Origin: a virus
Lineage: Duplodnaviria > Caudoviricetes
DNA length: 39,778 bases
Direction: 5' to 3' (one strand)
Virus record (IMG/VR): IMGVR_UViG_3300044840_000038
Coordinates: 1-39,778 of that record
The translations under genes were made by a program, and so were the position numbers. The notes under the pieces were generated by a model that saw only the letters and a program-made list of their open reading frames with translations, was not told the DNA's origin and did not search any database. Numbering within the stretch: the stretch's first letter is position 1; each line of letters opens with the position of its first letter. Positions 1-8,799 of this stretch are shown piece by piece.

Positions 1-127
1 CAATAATCAGTTGGGGGAGTAATCTAAGTTCGTTTGGCGACATTACGATGGCTGCCAATGTATTGCCAGCTGGTGGTACTTTTGTATGGAACTTAGCTGG
101 TCGTGGGTCCCAAACAATCACCAATAA
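1..127. repeat. 127-bp terminal overlap identical to 39652-39778 (circular contig)
   Basis: Exact match of the first and last 127 nt; an ORF reads through the junction in frame. Confidence 0.97.
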
Positions 128-1505
128 TGGAGTAACCTGGCAGAACGCTACCCGTTTAACGGTAAATGGTTTCGGAGGCACCTATACGCTGGCTGATGCT
201 TATGTAGCGGCAGCCAGTGGTGGCCCAAGTATTTTCACAGTAACCACCGGTACTTTTAACACGGCGAACTTCAATATGACTCCTGGTACGTTTACGGTAA
301 ACACTGGAGCCACGGCTACACTTGGTACGAGCACTATAACTCTCAATAGTACTATTACGGGTACTATTGTTACAGTCAGCGCAACAGCTACTTTAAGTGC
401 TGCGTCTTCCACATTTTCTATCACTGCCAACAGTTTATCCCAGACTTTTGCAGGTGGTGGCAAGACTTTTGGCAACCTCACCGTAACCGGCACACAGGCA
501 AGTCAATTAATAATAACTGGTGCTAACACATTCAACACTGTAACTTCTGGCGAAGGCGTCCAACTTACAATGCCAGCTAGCACAACGAACACTTTGACGA
601 CGCTTAATGCCGTAGGCCGAAACTACGGCTATCAATACTTACCGGGGCTTGGGTTTAACTATGTCTCAGCGCCAGACTCAGCACCATTGTCAATCACCAG
701 TGACCTAACAGTAGATATAAAAGTGGCTTTAGCTAACTGGTCTCCTGCAACCTTCCCGGGCTTGATTGGGAAAAATGGTAATACCACCACCCAGGCTAGC
801 TACGCATTTTTTATTAACAGTTCTGGCAATAAACTCTTTTTCCAAAGTAGTGCAAACGGCTCAACTATTATCTCCCATACCTCAACTGTTGGTACGGGTT
901 TTGCAAATAACAGTACAAACTGGGTACGAGCTTGTATCAAGTGTGATAATGGTGCGGCTGGCCATGATGTCGAGTTCTACACTTCGGCTGATGGTTCAAC
1001 TTGGGCAAAACTCGGCGCAACTGTTACAACTGCTGGGACAACTAGTATATTTGATTCACCGGCCGTACTTGAAATAGGTAGCAATACAAATGGTACAGCT
1101 AATACTCCGGTTGGTAACTTCTATGAAGCACGGGTCTATAATTCTTATTTACAGGCTAGCAACGGTACCCCTGTTTTCGATGCTAACTTTGCTACTAAAA
1201 CTGTGGGTAATAACACTTTTACAGAAAGTTCAGCTAATGCAGCGACGGTTACAATCAACGGTGCGCAAGCCCAAGTCGGCGATGGGCGCATCGGCATTAA
1301 CTCTAGTATTGCTGCTACCTCTGGTACTATATCTTCAACTAATGTGGTGGCAGGAGATTATTTGGTAGTAAAAGACTCTACTGCTGCAGGTAATACACCG
1401 TTCTACGCCGGTTCTCACGGCATACTTGTGAGTAATAATACGAACTGGTCGGCTACTAATGCCCCAACGGGCACTTCTAATCTTCTCTTAATAGGCGCCG
1501 GTTAA
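1..1505 (+). CDS. 3' part of a 910-aa beta-helix/LamG-like fibre or adhesin (starts at 38424 and wraps the origin)
   Basis: ATG at 38424 is in frame with the 48..1505 ORF across the overlap; very T/S/G/N-rich; ConA/LamG-like segment (VEFYTSADGSTW...LEIGS...GNFYEARVYN). Confidence 0.75.
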   Translation, partial: IISWGSNLSSFGDITMAANVLPAGGTFVWNLAGRGSQTITNNGVTWQNATRLTVNGFGGTYTLADAYVAAASGGPSIFTVTTGTFNTANFNMTPGTFTVNTGATATLGTSTITLNSTITGTIVTVSATATLSAASSTFSITANSLSQTFAGGGKTFGNLTVTGTQASQLIITGANTFNTVTSGEGVQLTMPASTTNTLTTLNAVGRNYGYQYLPGLGFNYVSAPDSAPLSITSDLTVDIKVALANWSPATFPGLIGKNGNTTTQASYAFFINSSGNKLFFQSSANGSTIISHTSTVGTGFANNSTNWVRACIKCDNGAAGHDVEFYTSADGSTWAKLGATVTTAGTTSIFDSPAVLEIGSNTNGTANTPVGNFYEARVYNSYLQASNGTPVFDANFATKTVGNNTFTESSANAATVTINGAQAQVGDGRIGINSSIAATSGTISSTNVVAGDYLVVKDSTAAGNTPFYAGSHGILVSNNTNWSATNAPTGTSNLLLIGAG

Positions 1506-1527
1506 TGGTACAATTATGATATGGGCG
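1506..1527 (+). promoter_or_regulatory. Extended -10 promoter plus GGGCG element (copy 1)
   Basis: TGG-TACAAT(1509-14), 8 nt, GGGCG(1523-27), 13 nt, TTG start. Confidence 0.6.
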
Positions 1528-1540
1528 CTGGAGTGAACCA

Positions 1541-2197
1541 TTGGCATACACAGTAGCAGGATTAACTACCCAAGTACAAAATCGACTAGACGATACTGGC
1601 TTCTCGACCGCTATAATTCTACAGTTCTTAAATGATGCCCAAAGAGAGTACGTCAACAACCAACTCACGCGGATCATGGAAGCTTCCCAGAACTATACCT
1701 TGACCCCCAACAACTTCGATCTAACATCAGGTGCGGGCTTACCGGCAGCTTTCCAATCGGTTATAGACCTAAAAATAATCACTCCTCCAGGGTATGGGAA
1801 TACTCTTTTCTACATGGACCCGAAAGAGTTTGACATAAACTACCCTACACCGGTTCTCTTTGGGCTCAACCGCCCTTACATCTTTACCAAGTACGGCAGT
1901 CTCTTAATGGTCTTCCCGACTCCCGATTCAGCCTATGTCTTGACGCTGCGTTATTATAAAACACCGGTAGAGTTGGTTAATACGACCGATGTACCTGAGA
2001 TACCGGTGGAGTGGCAGGAACTGCTAGTATTGGGGGCGTTGTGGCGCTGCCATCAGCTTAATGATAACTACGACCTAGCCGCAATTGTCCAAAACCGGGT
2101 TGATGAACAGCTAACTCAGTATTCTCAAAGAATGTCACTCGGCAAACAGCAGCCCTCAATCATGAAACTGAACAGTAATACCACTGCGAGGCGGTAA
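1541..2197 (+). CDS. Head-tail adaptor (P22 gp4 / tail tubular protein A-like)
   Basis: 218 aa; motifs FLNDAQ, VFPTPD...Y.L.LRY, PEIP.EW..LLV.GA; lies just before the nozzle gene. Confidence 0.65.
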   Translation: MAYTVAGLTTQVQNRLDDTGFSTAIILQFLNDAQREYVNNQLTRIMEASQNYTLTPNNFDLTSGAGLPAAFQSVIDLKIITPPGYGNTLFYMDPKEFDINYPTPVLFGLNRPYIFTKYGSLLMVFPTPDSAYVLTLRYYKTPVELVNTTDVPEIPVEWQELLVLGALWRCHQLNDNYDLAAIVQNRVDEQLTQYSQRMSLGKQQPSIMKLNSNTTARR

Positions 2198-4161
2198 TGC
2201 CTACTCGGTCTCGCCCCATCCCCAAAGTTAATGTGGCTCCTCTTCAAGAACGGCAGTTTCTAGATTACTCTCTGGGGTTAAATACCTACGTTTCGAATGA
2301 TGTGGTCAAAGAGAACCAGTTGGTTGTTATTAAGAACAGTCGCTTCTCTACCCTCGGCCGTTTAACTACCCGCCGTGGTGATGACTTTTATTCTGTCCCG
2401 GCTGGGGAGACCCTTGATACGGTTCAGACTACCATCACTGGTGCAGCCGATCAGACCGTCGGGCTGGTTAACTGGAAAGCGGCTCAACTTATTCCCGGTA
2501 CCTCAGGTGATCTAACCAGGATTGACCTTAACCTAAAAACAGGGACAGGTACCGGGCCAGTAATCATAGAGGTATGGTCTAATGCCGCCGGAGCACCAGG
2601 CGCGAAGCTAGCTCAGAGTTCAGTCTACGCTTCAGCCATCTCAGCCGGGTACGGATATATTGTAGCTAGATTCGTTGATGCTCCTGCCCTAGTGAGTGGA
2701 ACGACCTACTGGATTGTGGCTTATATCCAAGATGATGGTACCGGCTTGTTTAACTGGAGTTCAACCACAGCGGCCACGACATCGCTCTCATCAGTTACAT
2801 CTGGAGTGAGTTGGGGGGCTACCTCCTACGCGTTGAACTTCAAAACCTACCTCTCCACCGACGGAGGGGTTAAGGGACTGTTTCGAGCCTATAAGTCTGA
2901 CGGCACCAAGGTTAGTTTACTGGCTTATGGGACTACGCTTTCGACGGTCAATGATAATACTGGGGCTTTGACTAATATTAAGACCGGCCTTTCGGGCTCG
3001 GCTACCGATTATTACTTTCAGGTCGTGAATGACATCGTTTATTACGCTAATGGGTTTGATGCTCCCAGAAAGTGGGACTTCACAACCGAGGCGGCTACCG
3101 GAGGTTCTCCGGGTGTGGCACGTAATCTTATTCTACATAAGAACCAGATGTTCTACGTTGACGCTACCGATCCGGCAAAACTTTACTGGTCGGACATAGG
3201 ATCGTTTGAGTCATTCACCTCGACTAACTTTCTCTATGTGCCCTCACCGAAATCAGCTGACCCCATTACTGGGCTGGTGGTGTTTAATGACAACCTCTAT
3301 ATCTTTACCAAGCGGACCAAGTGGCAACTCCAGGGCGCCGACTCAACTTCCTTCGTTTTACGTAAGGCTACCGGCTTGAAGGGCGCCCCTAACCAAGAGT
3401 GTATTCGGGCTACCCGCAGTGCTATCTACTTCCCTAGCGATGATGGCATTTATAGTTTCAACGGAGGAGTAGATACACTCATATCTGGTGACACCACCAA
3501 TAATTTTATGCAGATAGCCGACGTGACTAAATGCTGCGCCGCGATTGCTAACAACCGGTACTACCTTTTTTACCCTCCTTCTGGCGCGCCTAAAAGTACC
3601 GAGGCTTTTGTTTATAACATCAACTACAAGTCCTGGGAGTCGATTGATACCTCGGCTTACATAGCTAGGACGAGCGTCTGGGCTGGTGCCGCTGACTCGG
3701 GGCAGTTAATAGTGGCTTCTAATATCGTCGGGGCAGCTTACTACGCTGAAGCAGCGACCAATCTATTCGATATTATGGGTAAGAAGATAGACTTCGAGAT
3801 ACGCACTAAGTATGAGCACTTCAATCATCCTGAGTCTAAGAAACGGATCAAACGTTGGTATCCTCGCTTTGCAGCTGAGACGGGTTCATACAATGTTGGG
3901 CTGCAGTATGACAAGGACTTTGCGGATACACCTTCTTCATTCCCTACGGCTGTAGGCTTGCAAGGCGTTGGGATTACCTTTGGAGGAGGCCATACCTTTG
4001 CAGATGGGTCGGTCTTTGGGATTTCTTCACTGATCAATCCTCGGCTTAACATACCTGGTACGCAACGCTATACCCAGTTCAGAGTCTCTCGCAGCGGGGT
4101 TAATAACCAAGTAGAGTTCGAGGGGCATACGGTATTATTTGAGGTTAGGCGTGCGAAATAG
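2197..4161 (+). CDS. Tail nozzle / DNA-stabilisation protein (P22 gp10-like beta-propeller) with an inserted beta-sandwich domain
   Basis: 654 aa; propeller-type repeats (LYWSDIG, ITGLVVFNDNLYIF, IYFPSDDGIYSFNG); C-terminal RTK...KKRIKR; synteny. Confidence 0.65.
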   Translation: MPTRSRPIPKVNVAPLQERQFLDYSLGLNTYVSNDVVKENQLVVIKNSRFSTLGRLTTRRGDDFYSVPAGETLDTVQTTITGAADQTVGLVNWKAAQLIPGTSGDLTRIDLNLKTGTGTGPVIIEVWSNAAGAPGAKLAQSSVYASAISAGYGYIVARFVDAPALVSGTTYWIVAYIQDDGTGLFNWSSTTAATTSLSSVTSGVSWGATSYALNFKTYLSTDGGVKGLFRAYKSDGTKVSLLAYGTTLSTVNDNTGALTNIKTGLSGSATDYYFQVVNDIVYYANGFDAPRKWDFTTEAATGGSPGVARNLILHKNQMFYVDATDPAKLYWSDIGSFESFTSTNFLYVPSPKSADPITGLVVFNDNLYIFTKRTKWQLQGADSTSFVLRKATGLKGAPNQECIRATRSAIYFPSDDGIYSFNGGVDTLISGDTTNNFMQIADVTKCCAAIANNRYYLFYPPSGAPKSTEAFVYNINYKSWESIDTSAYIARTSVWAGAADSGQLIVASNIVGAAYYAEAATNLFDIMGKKIDFEIRTKYEHFNHPESKKRIKRWYPRFAAETGSYNVGLQYDKDFADTPSSFPTAVGLQGVGITFGGGHTFADGSVFGISSLINPRLNIPGTQRYTQFRVSRSGVNNQVEFEGHTVLFEVRRAK

Positions 4162-4180
4162 TATAATAGGTAAAAGGGCG
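4159..4180 (+). promoter_or_regulatory. -10 box plus GGGCG element (copy 2)
   Basis: TATAAT(4162-67), 8 nt, GGGCG(4176-80), 14 nt, ATG. Confidence 0.6.
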
Positions 4181-4194
4181 TCTAAGGTCATCAG

Positions 4195-4794
4195 ATGGGG
4201 CTAATTAGTCCAAGCCAATCCGCCGACGGTCAATCAGTAGTTGCTGCCAAGATCAATGACCCAATCAACACTATCGCTAACGAGTTTAATGGCAATATTG
4301 ATAATGCCAATATTAAAGCCGCGGCTGGTATTAGTGGGACGAAGCTAGCTGATTCTACGGTCTCTACTGTTAAACTGACCAATCCTTATAAGTTTAGTGT
4401 TTATCGCAATTCTGGCTGGACAGATGGCAATAACGCATTTGTTAAGATCCAATTTGATACCAAGAACTTCGATACCGGCTCAAATTATGATAATACGACC
4501 AATTATCGCTTTACCGCACCTGTGAATGGATTCTATTTTTTCTCGGCTCGTAGTGGTTCTAGTATAACTACGGGTAACTTTGGGATTATACAAATTTTTA
4601 AAAATGGAGTTGGAGCTTTAACGGGGAACCAGCTACTGCCCAACGGCACAGGGGACCAAGGCCGTGTTGTAAGCGGATTACTGCAGTTAGTCGCTACTGA
4701 TTATGTTGAAGTATTTAGTTACGGTACTGGAGGCGTAGGAGACGTGGGGACAAGCGTTAATTACTTCCATGGATTCCTCGTGAGTAGTACCTAG
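4195..4794 (+). CDS. Tail fibre/needle protein with a C-terminal C1q-like domain
   Basis: gC1q motifs IQFDT..FD.GSNYD...RFTAPVNGFYFF, LLQL...DYVEVF, FHGFLV. Confidence 0.8.
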   Translation: MGLISPSQSADGQSVVAAKINDPINTIANEFNGNIDNANIKAAAGISGTKLADSTVSTVKLTNPYKFSVYRNSGWTDGNNAFVKIQFDTKNFDTGSNYDNTTNYRFTAPVNGFYFFSARSGSSITTGNFGIIQIFKNGVGALTGNQLLPNGTGDQGRVVSGLLQLVATDYVEVFSYGTGGVGDVGTSVNYFHGFLVSST

Positions 4795-4795
4795 T

Positions 4796-5299
4796 GTGGC
4801 ATCTCAACCTCCCCATAGGCTAAATCCTGACACTCCGCTTGATCAAAACCTAGCCTTAATCAACGATAACTTTGATAAGGTAGTGCAGAACGTCACCGAC
4901 CTAGGCGCTCGGAATTCCTCTACTATAGAAGTAACTTTTGCGGCGGTAGCTTCGGGAGCCTCATTTAGGCAGACGGTTAATCTTATCCTCCCAACCGGTT
5001 CGGGATCTTCTACTATCATTACAGGTAATAATATCTCTGGCGTGTCTGCACTTACTCCCATCGCCGATGTTTACGTTGATACTGATAACAACGCAGCCTT
5101 CTTATGGCCATCAGGGGCATCTCTCAGTGGCGCGCAGCTTAACTTCCTTATATCCTTTGTCCAGTCTTTCACCACCCCAACCGGGACGTTAGCCAGCATC
5201 ACTATCAACGGTAGAAACAAGGATGTAGGCGCTCATACTTATTTCGTTCACTTTGCCGTAAGTTATTTCCCAGCTGGACCGACTGGAGTCTATCGATAA
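4796..5299 (+). CDS. Putative virion/tail protein, paralogue A
   Basis: 167 aa; shares PH.LNP, NL.L.ND.FDK.V, WP.G..LSGAQ.NF and terminal GVYR with the next gene. Confidence 0.6.
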   Translation: MASQPPHRLNPDTPLDQNLALINDNFDKVVQNVTDLGARNSSTIEVTFAAVASGASFRQTVNLILPTGSGSSTIITGNNISGVSALTPIADVYVDTDNNAAFLWPSGASLSGAQLNFLISFVQSFTTPTGTLASITINGRNKDVGAHTYFVHFAVSYFPAGPTGVYR

Positions 5300-5799
5300 T
5301 GACACTTATAACCGCCCCACATAAATTAAACCCCGAGACCGATCTACCGGCTAATCTTGGGCTGTTAAATGATGACTTCGATAAGATCGTCTCCGATATT
5401 GGTAGCCTTAGCCCACGGGTGTTCACTCTGACCACTCAGGTGAGTGCTGTGCTTACCCCGGGACAGCACTTTATCTGGATACTCGATTTCGTTGATATAC
5501 CTGGTTATAACGACTTTGCTACTCTTATGCCGCTGCTTAACTTCTACATCGATTCATTTGATTCAATTCACCAGTGGCCTGATGGTCCAGCACTATCGGG
5601 CGCTCAAAAGAACTTCCAGATTGATTATGCTCTTAACATTACTCCCAGTAGTCGTACCTACCCCTCTCTTGCGCCCTATACGAAGACGATTGGTACCTTA
5701 ACTGTGACAGCCGAGAATACCGATAGCTCTAATCATACCGTCTATCTCCAAGATAGTGGTGCCGTGTTTAGCACAGTAACAGCAGGAGTTTACCGGTGA
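5299..5799 (+). CDS. Putative virion/tail protein, paralogue B
   Basis: 166 aa; translationally coupled (TAATG); paralogous to the previous gene. Confidence 0.6.
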   Translation: MTLITAPHKLNPETDLPANLGLLNDDFDKIVSDIGSLSPRVFTLTTQVSAVLTPGQHFIWILDFVDIPGYNDFATLMPLLNFYIDSFDSIHQWPDGPALSGAQKNFQIDYALNITPSSRTYPSLAPYTKTIGTLTVTAENTDSSNHTVYLQDSGAVFSTVTAGVYR

Positions 5800-6125
5800 G
5801 ATTTAAGTATAGAGCTGAGAGTGATTACTATGTCCTGATTAAAGAGGGGGACAACCTGCGGGCTGTTGGTAGTTTTAACCCTCTCGAGTATACCGAGTTT
5901 GCTAAAATCAAAGAAGAGCCGCATAACTACTCTTTTGATGATGCTTCTGGTAAACTAAAGCATAAGAGGGCGCCTGGGAATACTTCGAGTGGAACAGAAA
6001 CTCAACGAGATAGTCAGCCGGTCACAAATCCCCTCCCGATCCGACATAGCGGAGTTACTCTCGTCAATCGCCCCTCCGGGTCAAAAACGAGCGGAGAAGG
6101 AGGCAGCAGTGGCTCAGTTGTTTGA
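5796..6125 (+). CDS. Hypothetical protein (C-terminal part doubtful)
   Basis: GTGA overlap and AGGAG RBS; the last ~50 aa look like off-frame text over the next ORF. Confidence 0.5.
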   Translation: MRFKYRAESDYYVLIKEGDNLRAVGSFNPLEYTEFAKIKEEPHNYSFDDASGKLKHKRAPGNTSSGTETQRDSQPVTNPLPIRHSGVTLVNRPSGSKTSGEGGSSGSVV

Positions 6126-6198
6126 TATTCTAGGGGGCGGCTATAATTTGCAAGGCCACCACGTCATAGTAGACCTGCCTAGTTATGGTGCTTTCTGA
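5989..6198 (+). CDS. Hypothetical helical protein, or frameshifted C-terminus of the 5796 gene
   Basis: Protein-like sequence in the +1 frame; its stop overlaps the ATG at 6198 (TGATG). Confidence 0.5.
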   Translation: MEQKLNEIVSRSQIPSRSDIAELLSSIAPPGQKRAEKEAAVAQLFDILGGGYNLQGHHVIVDLPSYGAF

Positions 6199-6860
6199 TG
6201 GCCGACTCAATCGATCAAATAATGACCCAGTTAGATCAGTATTATAAGCCTCAGGTCGATGCTGCCCAAAATCAACTCAATCAACTCCCGGCTTATCAGG
6301 CGGCTCAGCAGGCTGGGTTAGACCAGGCTAAGACCAACGCCTTCGGCGATATTACGGCTGGAGCTAATGCTAAAGGGGTATTATACTCGGGTATCCCGAT
6401 TGGTGAGCAAGCTAAGTACGTCGGGGAAAAGTACCTACCGGCCGTAGCTGGTTTGAAACAGAACATTGCCGATAAGACCTTCAACCTGCAAGACTCGATT
6501 GCGAAGATCCGTCAGTCCCAGGCTCAACAAGCCTATAGCACCAGACAGTCACAGCTCCAGCAGGAACAAAGCTACGCTCTGGCGCAGCAGAAGCTGAACA
6601 ACCAACAACAGGTTGCGGCCTCGCGTGTCTCCTCAGCTGCCCCTAAGGCTCCTTCTCAGCAGTCGATCGCCGGTCAGATTAGATCTGGCCTGAATACCGT
6701 TCGGGGCCGTGATGGTTACGTGGCTCCCCAGGACTATGCTAAGGCTTACCAAGATTGGGTACAGTCTGGGTTTACACCGGCCTCATTTAACTCCACCTTT
6801 AAGGATCTTAAGAACCCTCAAAACGGGTACTATGATTACGCTATAAGCAAGTCGGGATAG
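6198..6860 (+). CDS. Internal virion / DNA-ejection protein (Gln/Ala-rich coiled coil)
   Basis: 220 aa, Q/A-rich, with an ANAKGVLYSG motif; lies after the tail genes as in podoviruses. Confidence 0.55.
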   Translation: MADSIDQIMTQLDQYYKPQVDAAQNQLNQLPAYQAAQQAGLDQAKTNAFGDITAGANAKGVLYSGIPIGEQAKYVGEKYLPAVAGLKQNIADKTFNLQDSIAKIRQSQAQQAYSTRQSQLQQEQSYALAQQKLNNQQQVAASRVSSAAPKAPSQQSIAGQIRSGLNTVRGRDGYVAPQDYAKAYQDWVQSGFTPASFNSTFKDLKNPQNGYYDYAISKSG

Positions 6861-6862
6861 CC

Positions 6863-8647
6863 ATGCCATACCAAAGTATCTTAGGTAAACAGCCTTCTAG
6901 CTCCTCGGGCTCTTTTGCGAGTGACTTTGTACCTGGGCAGTATGCTTCTATTAATCGGCAAATCTCAATTCCGCAGGCCCCTCAGTTCAAAGACACCCCC
7001 CAGGGGCAGGCTTATAAGCAGACTTTTTCACAGGCTGACGCACAGACGCAGAAGACTATCGCTAACCGTTTGGTCGCTCGAGCCCAAGCTGGTGACAAGC
7101 GTTCTTATGACCAGCTCCAGGCGATTAAGGATGTCTACGGCACTACAGCGAATCCGGTTAAAGTCGCCGGACCGTTTAGAAACGGTTTAGCAAATGCCCT
7201 GAGTAACGCAGTTTCTCCTGGGGGTGGGATTACTAGAGCTGCCGGGCAAGTGGGTGCGGCTGTTCTGCAGCCAGCCTTTAACTTTGCTGCTAATGATAAG
7301 GTCCAGCGCGCTCCTAATATCGGAGGGCAGTTACTTAATACACTTAAAAGTACGGCTGGCTTTACTAAGTCTATCGTTGGTACGGGGTACCAGAACTCCC
7401 CTATTGGTGCTCTGGAGCAGAACATTGCCAAGGGTGCAGCTACGGTACATGGTTCTCCTGTGTCTCTCCCAGGAGTTGGGCCACAGACCAGTTACACTAG
7501 CGATATAGGCTCCCAATCGGGCGCAGGTGGCAAGGTGATGGCGGCATTATCTGATCTAGCAGGGTTAGCTTATGGAGTCAGCGGTGCAAAAAGCTTTCTG
7601 AAGGCGTCTGAAGTAGGTGCAGCTAAAGCTCTTGCTCCAACAATTAGTAACGCTACTAAGGCTAATATCGTTAGAACCCTCCACGATGCCGGAGAAACCA
7701 ATCTGGCGGTTAATGTTGCAAGAGCCTCTACGCCAGCCGAATTAAAAACCATTGTCCAGAGCCCAGCGGTGGCTAGGCTTCATCCGACCCTTGGGACTCC
7801 ACCCGGAGAGGTACCGTCCCAGGTTAATCCTCAAAACTCAGGGGTGGCTTCAGAGAATATCAAGCACATCCCAGCAGACAGTTTGAAACTCGGCACCGAA
7901 ACCCATGGGGTGCCAATAGACACAGCTCAGGTTGCTAAGGTAGCGGCTGATATTCAAGCCGGTAAGCCAATTGAACCTCTAATTGTTAAGACCATTGATG
8001 GTACTCCTTATGTGCAGGACGGGCAACATCGTCTAGAGGCCCTTAAAGCGGCTGGGGTGAAGAATATTCCTACCGTGGAACAACTTCCTAAAACTACTTT
8101 GGCTCCCGCGGCTTCTACTGGTCAGCTGCGCACCAGCAAGTTAGGGGCTGGTATCAATCAAAAAGCTGTTGAGGCCAAACTCACCACCGGTTTATCAAAT
8201 CTTCCAGAATACAATCAGGTCAACATGAAGGAGCAGGCTGCGCATGCCGCTGACCTTATCCAAAAAGATCCCCAACGTGCCACCCGCATAGCCACAGGTC
8301 AAGAAGCCCCGCCTCCCCATATTCTACCCGAGAGCATCTCCCTCGCCTTAGAAGATCATGCCACGAAAACTGGGAACGTAGACTTATTACAACAGTTAGC
8401 AACCTCTTCCCGAGTTGGAGAGGCTACCGCTATGGGGCAAAGAATCCGAGCCTTAGCAGAACGCAATCCAAATTCGGCAGTTGGTAATATCCAGAAAGTA
8501 GCCGATGCTAGAGCCAAAGCTCTCGAAGCTAAGACCGGGCAGTCAGTCAATAAAGCCGTTACGGCGACGACCAAGGAAGTCCAGGCTGCCAAACCAAAAG
8601 TGACACGCCAGACTTGGGAACAATTTGTAAACGAGATAAGATGTTAG
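6863..8647 (+). CDS. Ejection-type protein with an embedded ParB/Srx-like domain
   Basis: 594 aa, A/G/Q-rich; IEPLIV...YVQDGQHRLEALKAAGVKNIP is a ParB-N motif. Confidence 0.6.
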   Translation: MPYQSILGKQPSSSSGSFASDFVPGQYASINRQISIPQAPQFKDTPQGQAYKQTFSQADAQTQKTIANRLVARAQAGDKRSYDQLQAIKDVYGTTANPVKVAGPFRNGLANALSNAVSPGGGITRAAGQVGAAVLQPAFNFAANDKVQRAPNIGGQLLNTLKSTAGFTKSIVGTGYQNSPIGALEQNIAKGAATVHGSPVSLPGVGPQTSYTSDIGSQSGAGGKVMAALSDLAGLAYGVSGAKSFLKASEVGAAKALAPTISNATKANIVRTLHDAGETNLAVNVARASTPAELKTIVQSPAVARLHPTLGTPPGEVPSQVNPQNSGVASENIKHIPADSLKLGTETHGVPIDTAQVAKVAADIQAGKPIEPLIVKTIDGTPYVQDGQHRLEALKAAGVKNIPTVEQLPKTTLAPAASTGQLRTSKLGAGINQKAVEAKLTTGLSNLPEYNQVNMKEQAAHAADLIQKDPQRATRIATGQEAPPPHILPESISLALEDHATKTGNVDLLQQLATSSRVGEATAMGQRIRALAERNPNSAVGNIQKVADARAKALEAKTGQSVNKAVTATTKEVQAAKPKVTRQTWEQFVNEIRC

Positions 8648-8665
8648 TATGAGTTACTTAATGGG

Positions 8666-8764
8666 CTACTCATCCTTTTCAGGGAACAACCATTCCGAGA
8701 ATACAACGCCTACTAATAGGACTACCAAGATGACTTCAAATAGGTTATATAGAAAGCTGTTCAT
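8666..8764 (-). CDS. 32-aa single-TM peptide (moron)
   Basis: Hand-translated MNSFLYNLFEVILVVLLVGVVFSEWLFPEKDE; a near-consensus promoter lies directly upstream. Confidence 0.6.
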   Translation of the reverse strand: MNSFLYNLFEVILVVLLVGVVFSEWLFPEKDE

Positions 8765-8770
8765 GCGCAA

Positions 8771-8799
8771 ACCATACACTATAATCGTTGAGGTGTCAA
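8771..8799 (-). promoter_or_regulatory. Sigma70 promoter, leaderless, for the 32-aa peptide
   Basis: TTGACA, 17 nt, TATGGT, 6 nt, ATG on the - strand. Confidence 0.7.

Noticed and set aside
1-127. Terminal direct repeat as a biological genome end
   Set aside because: 127 nt is a common assembler k-mer overlap and the repeat lies mid-gene; it shows circularity of the assembly, not physical termini.
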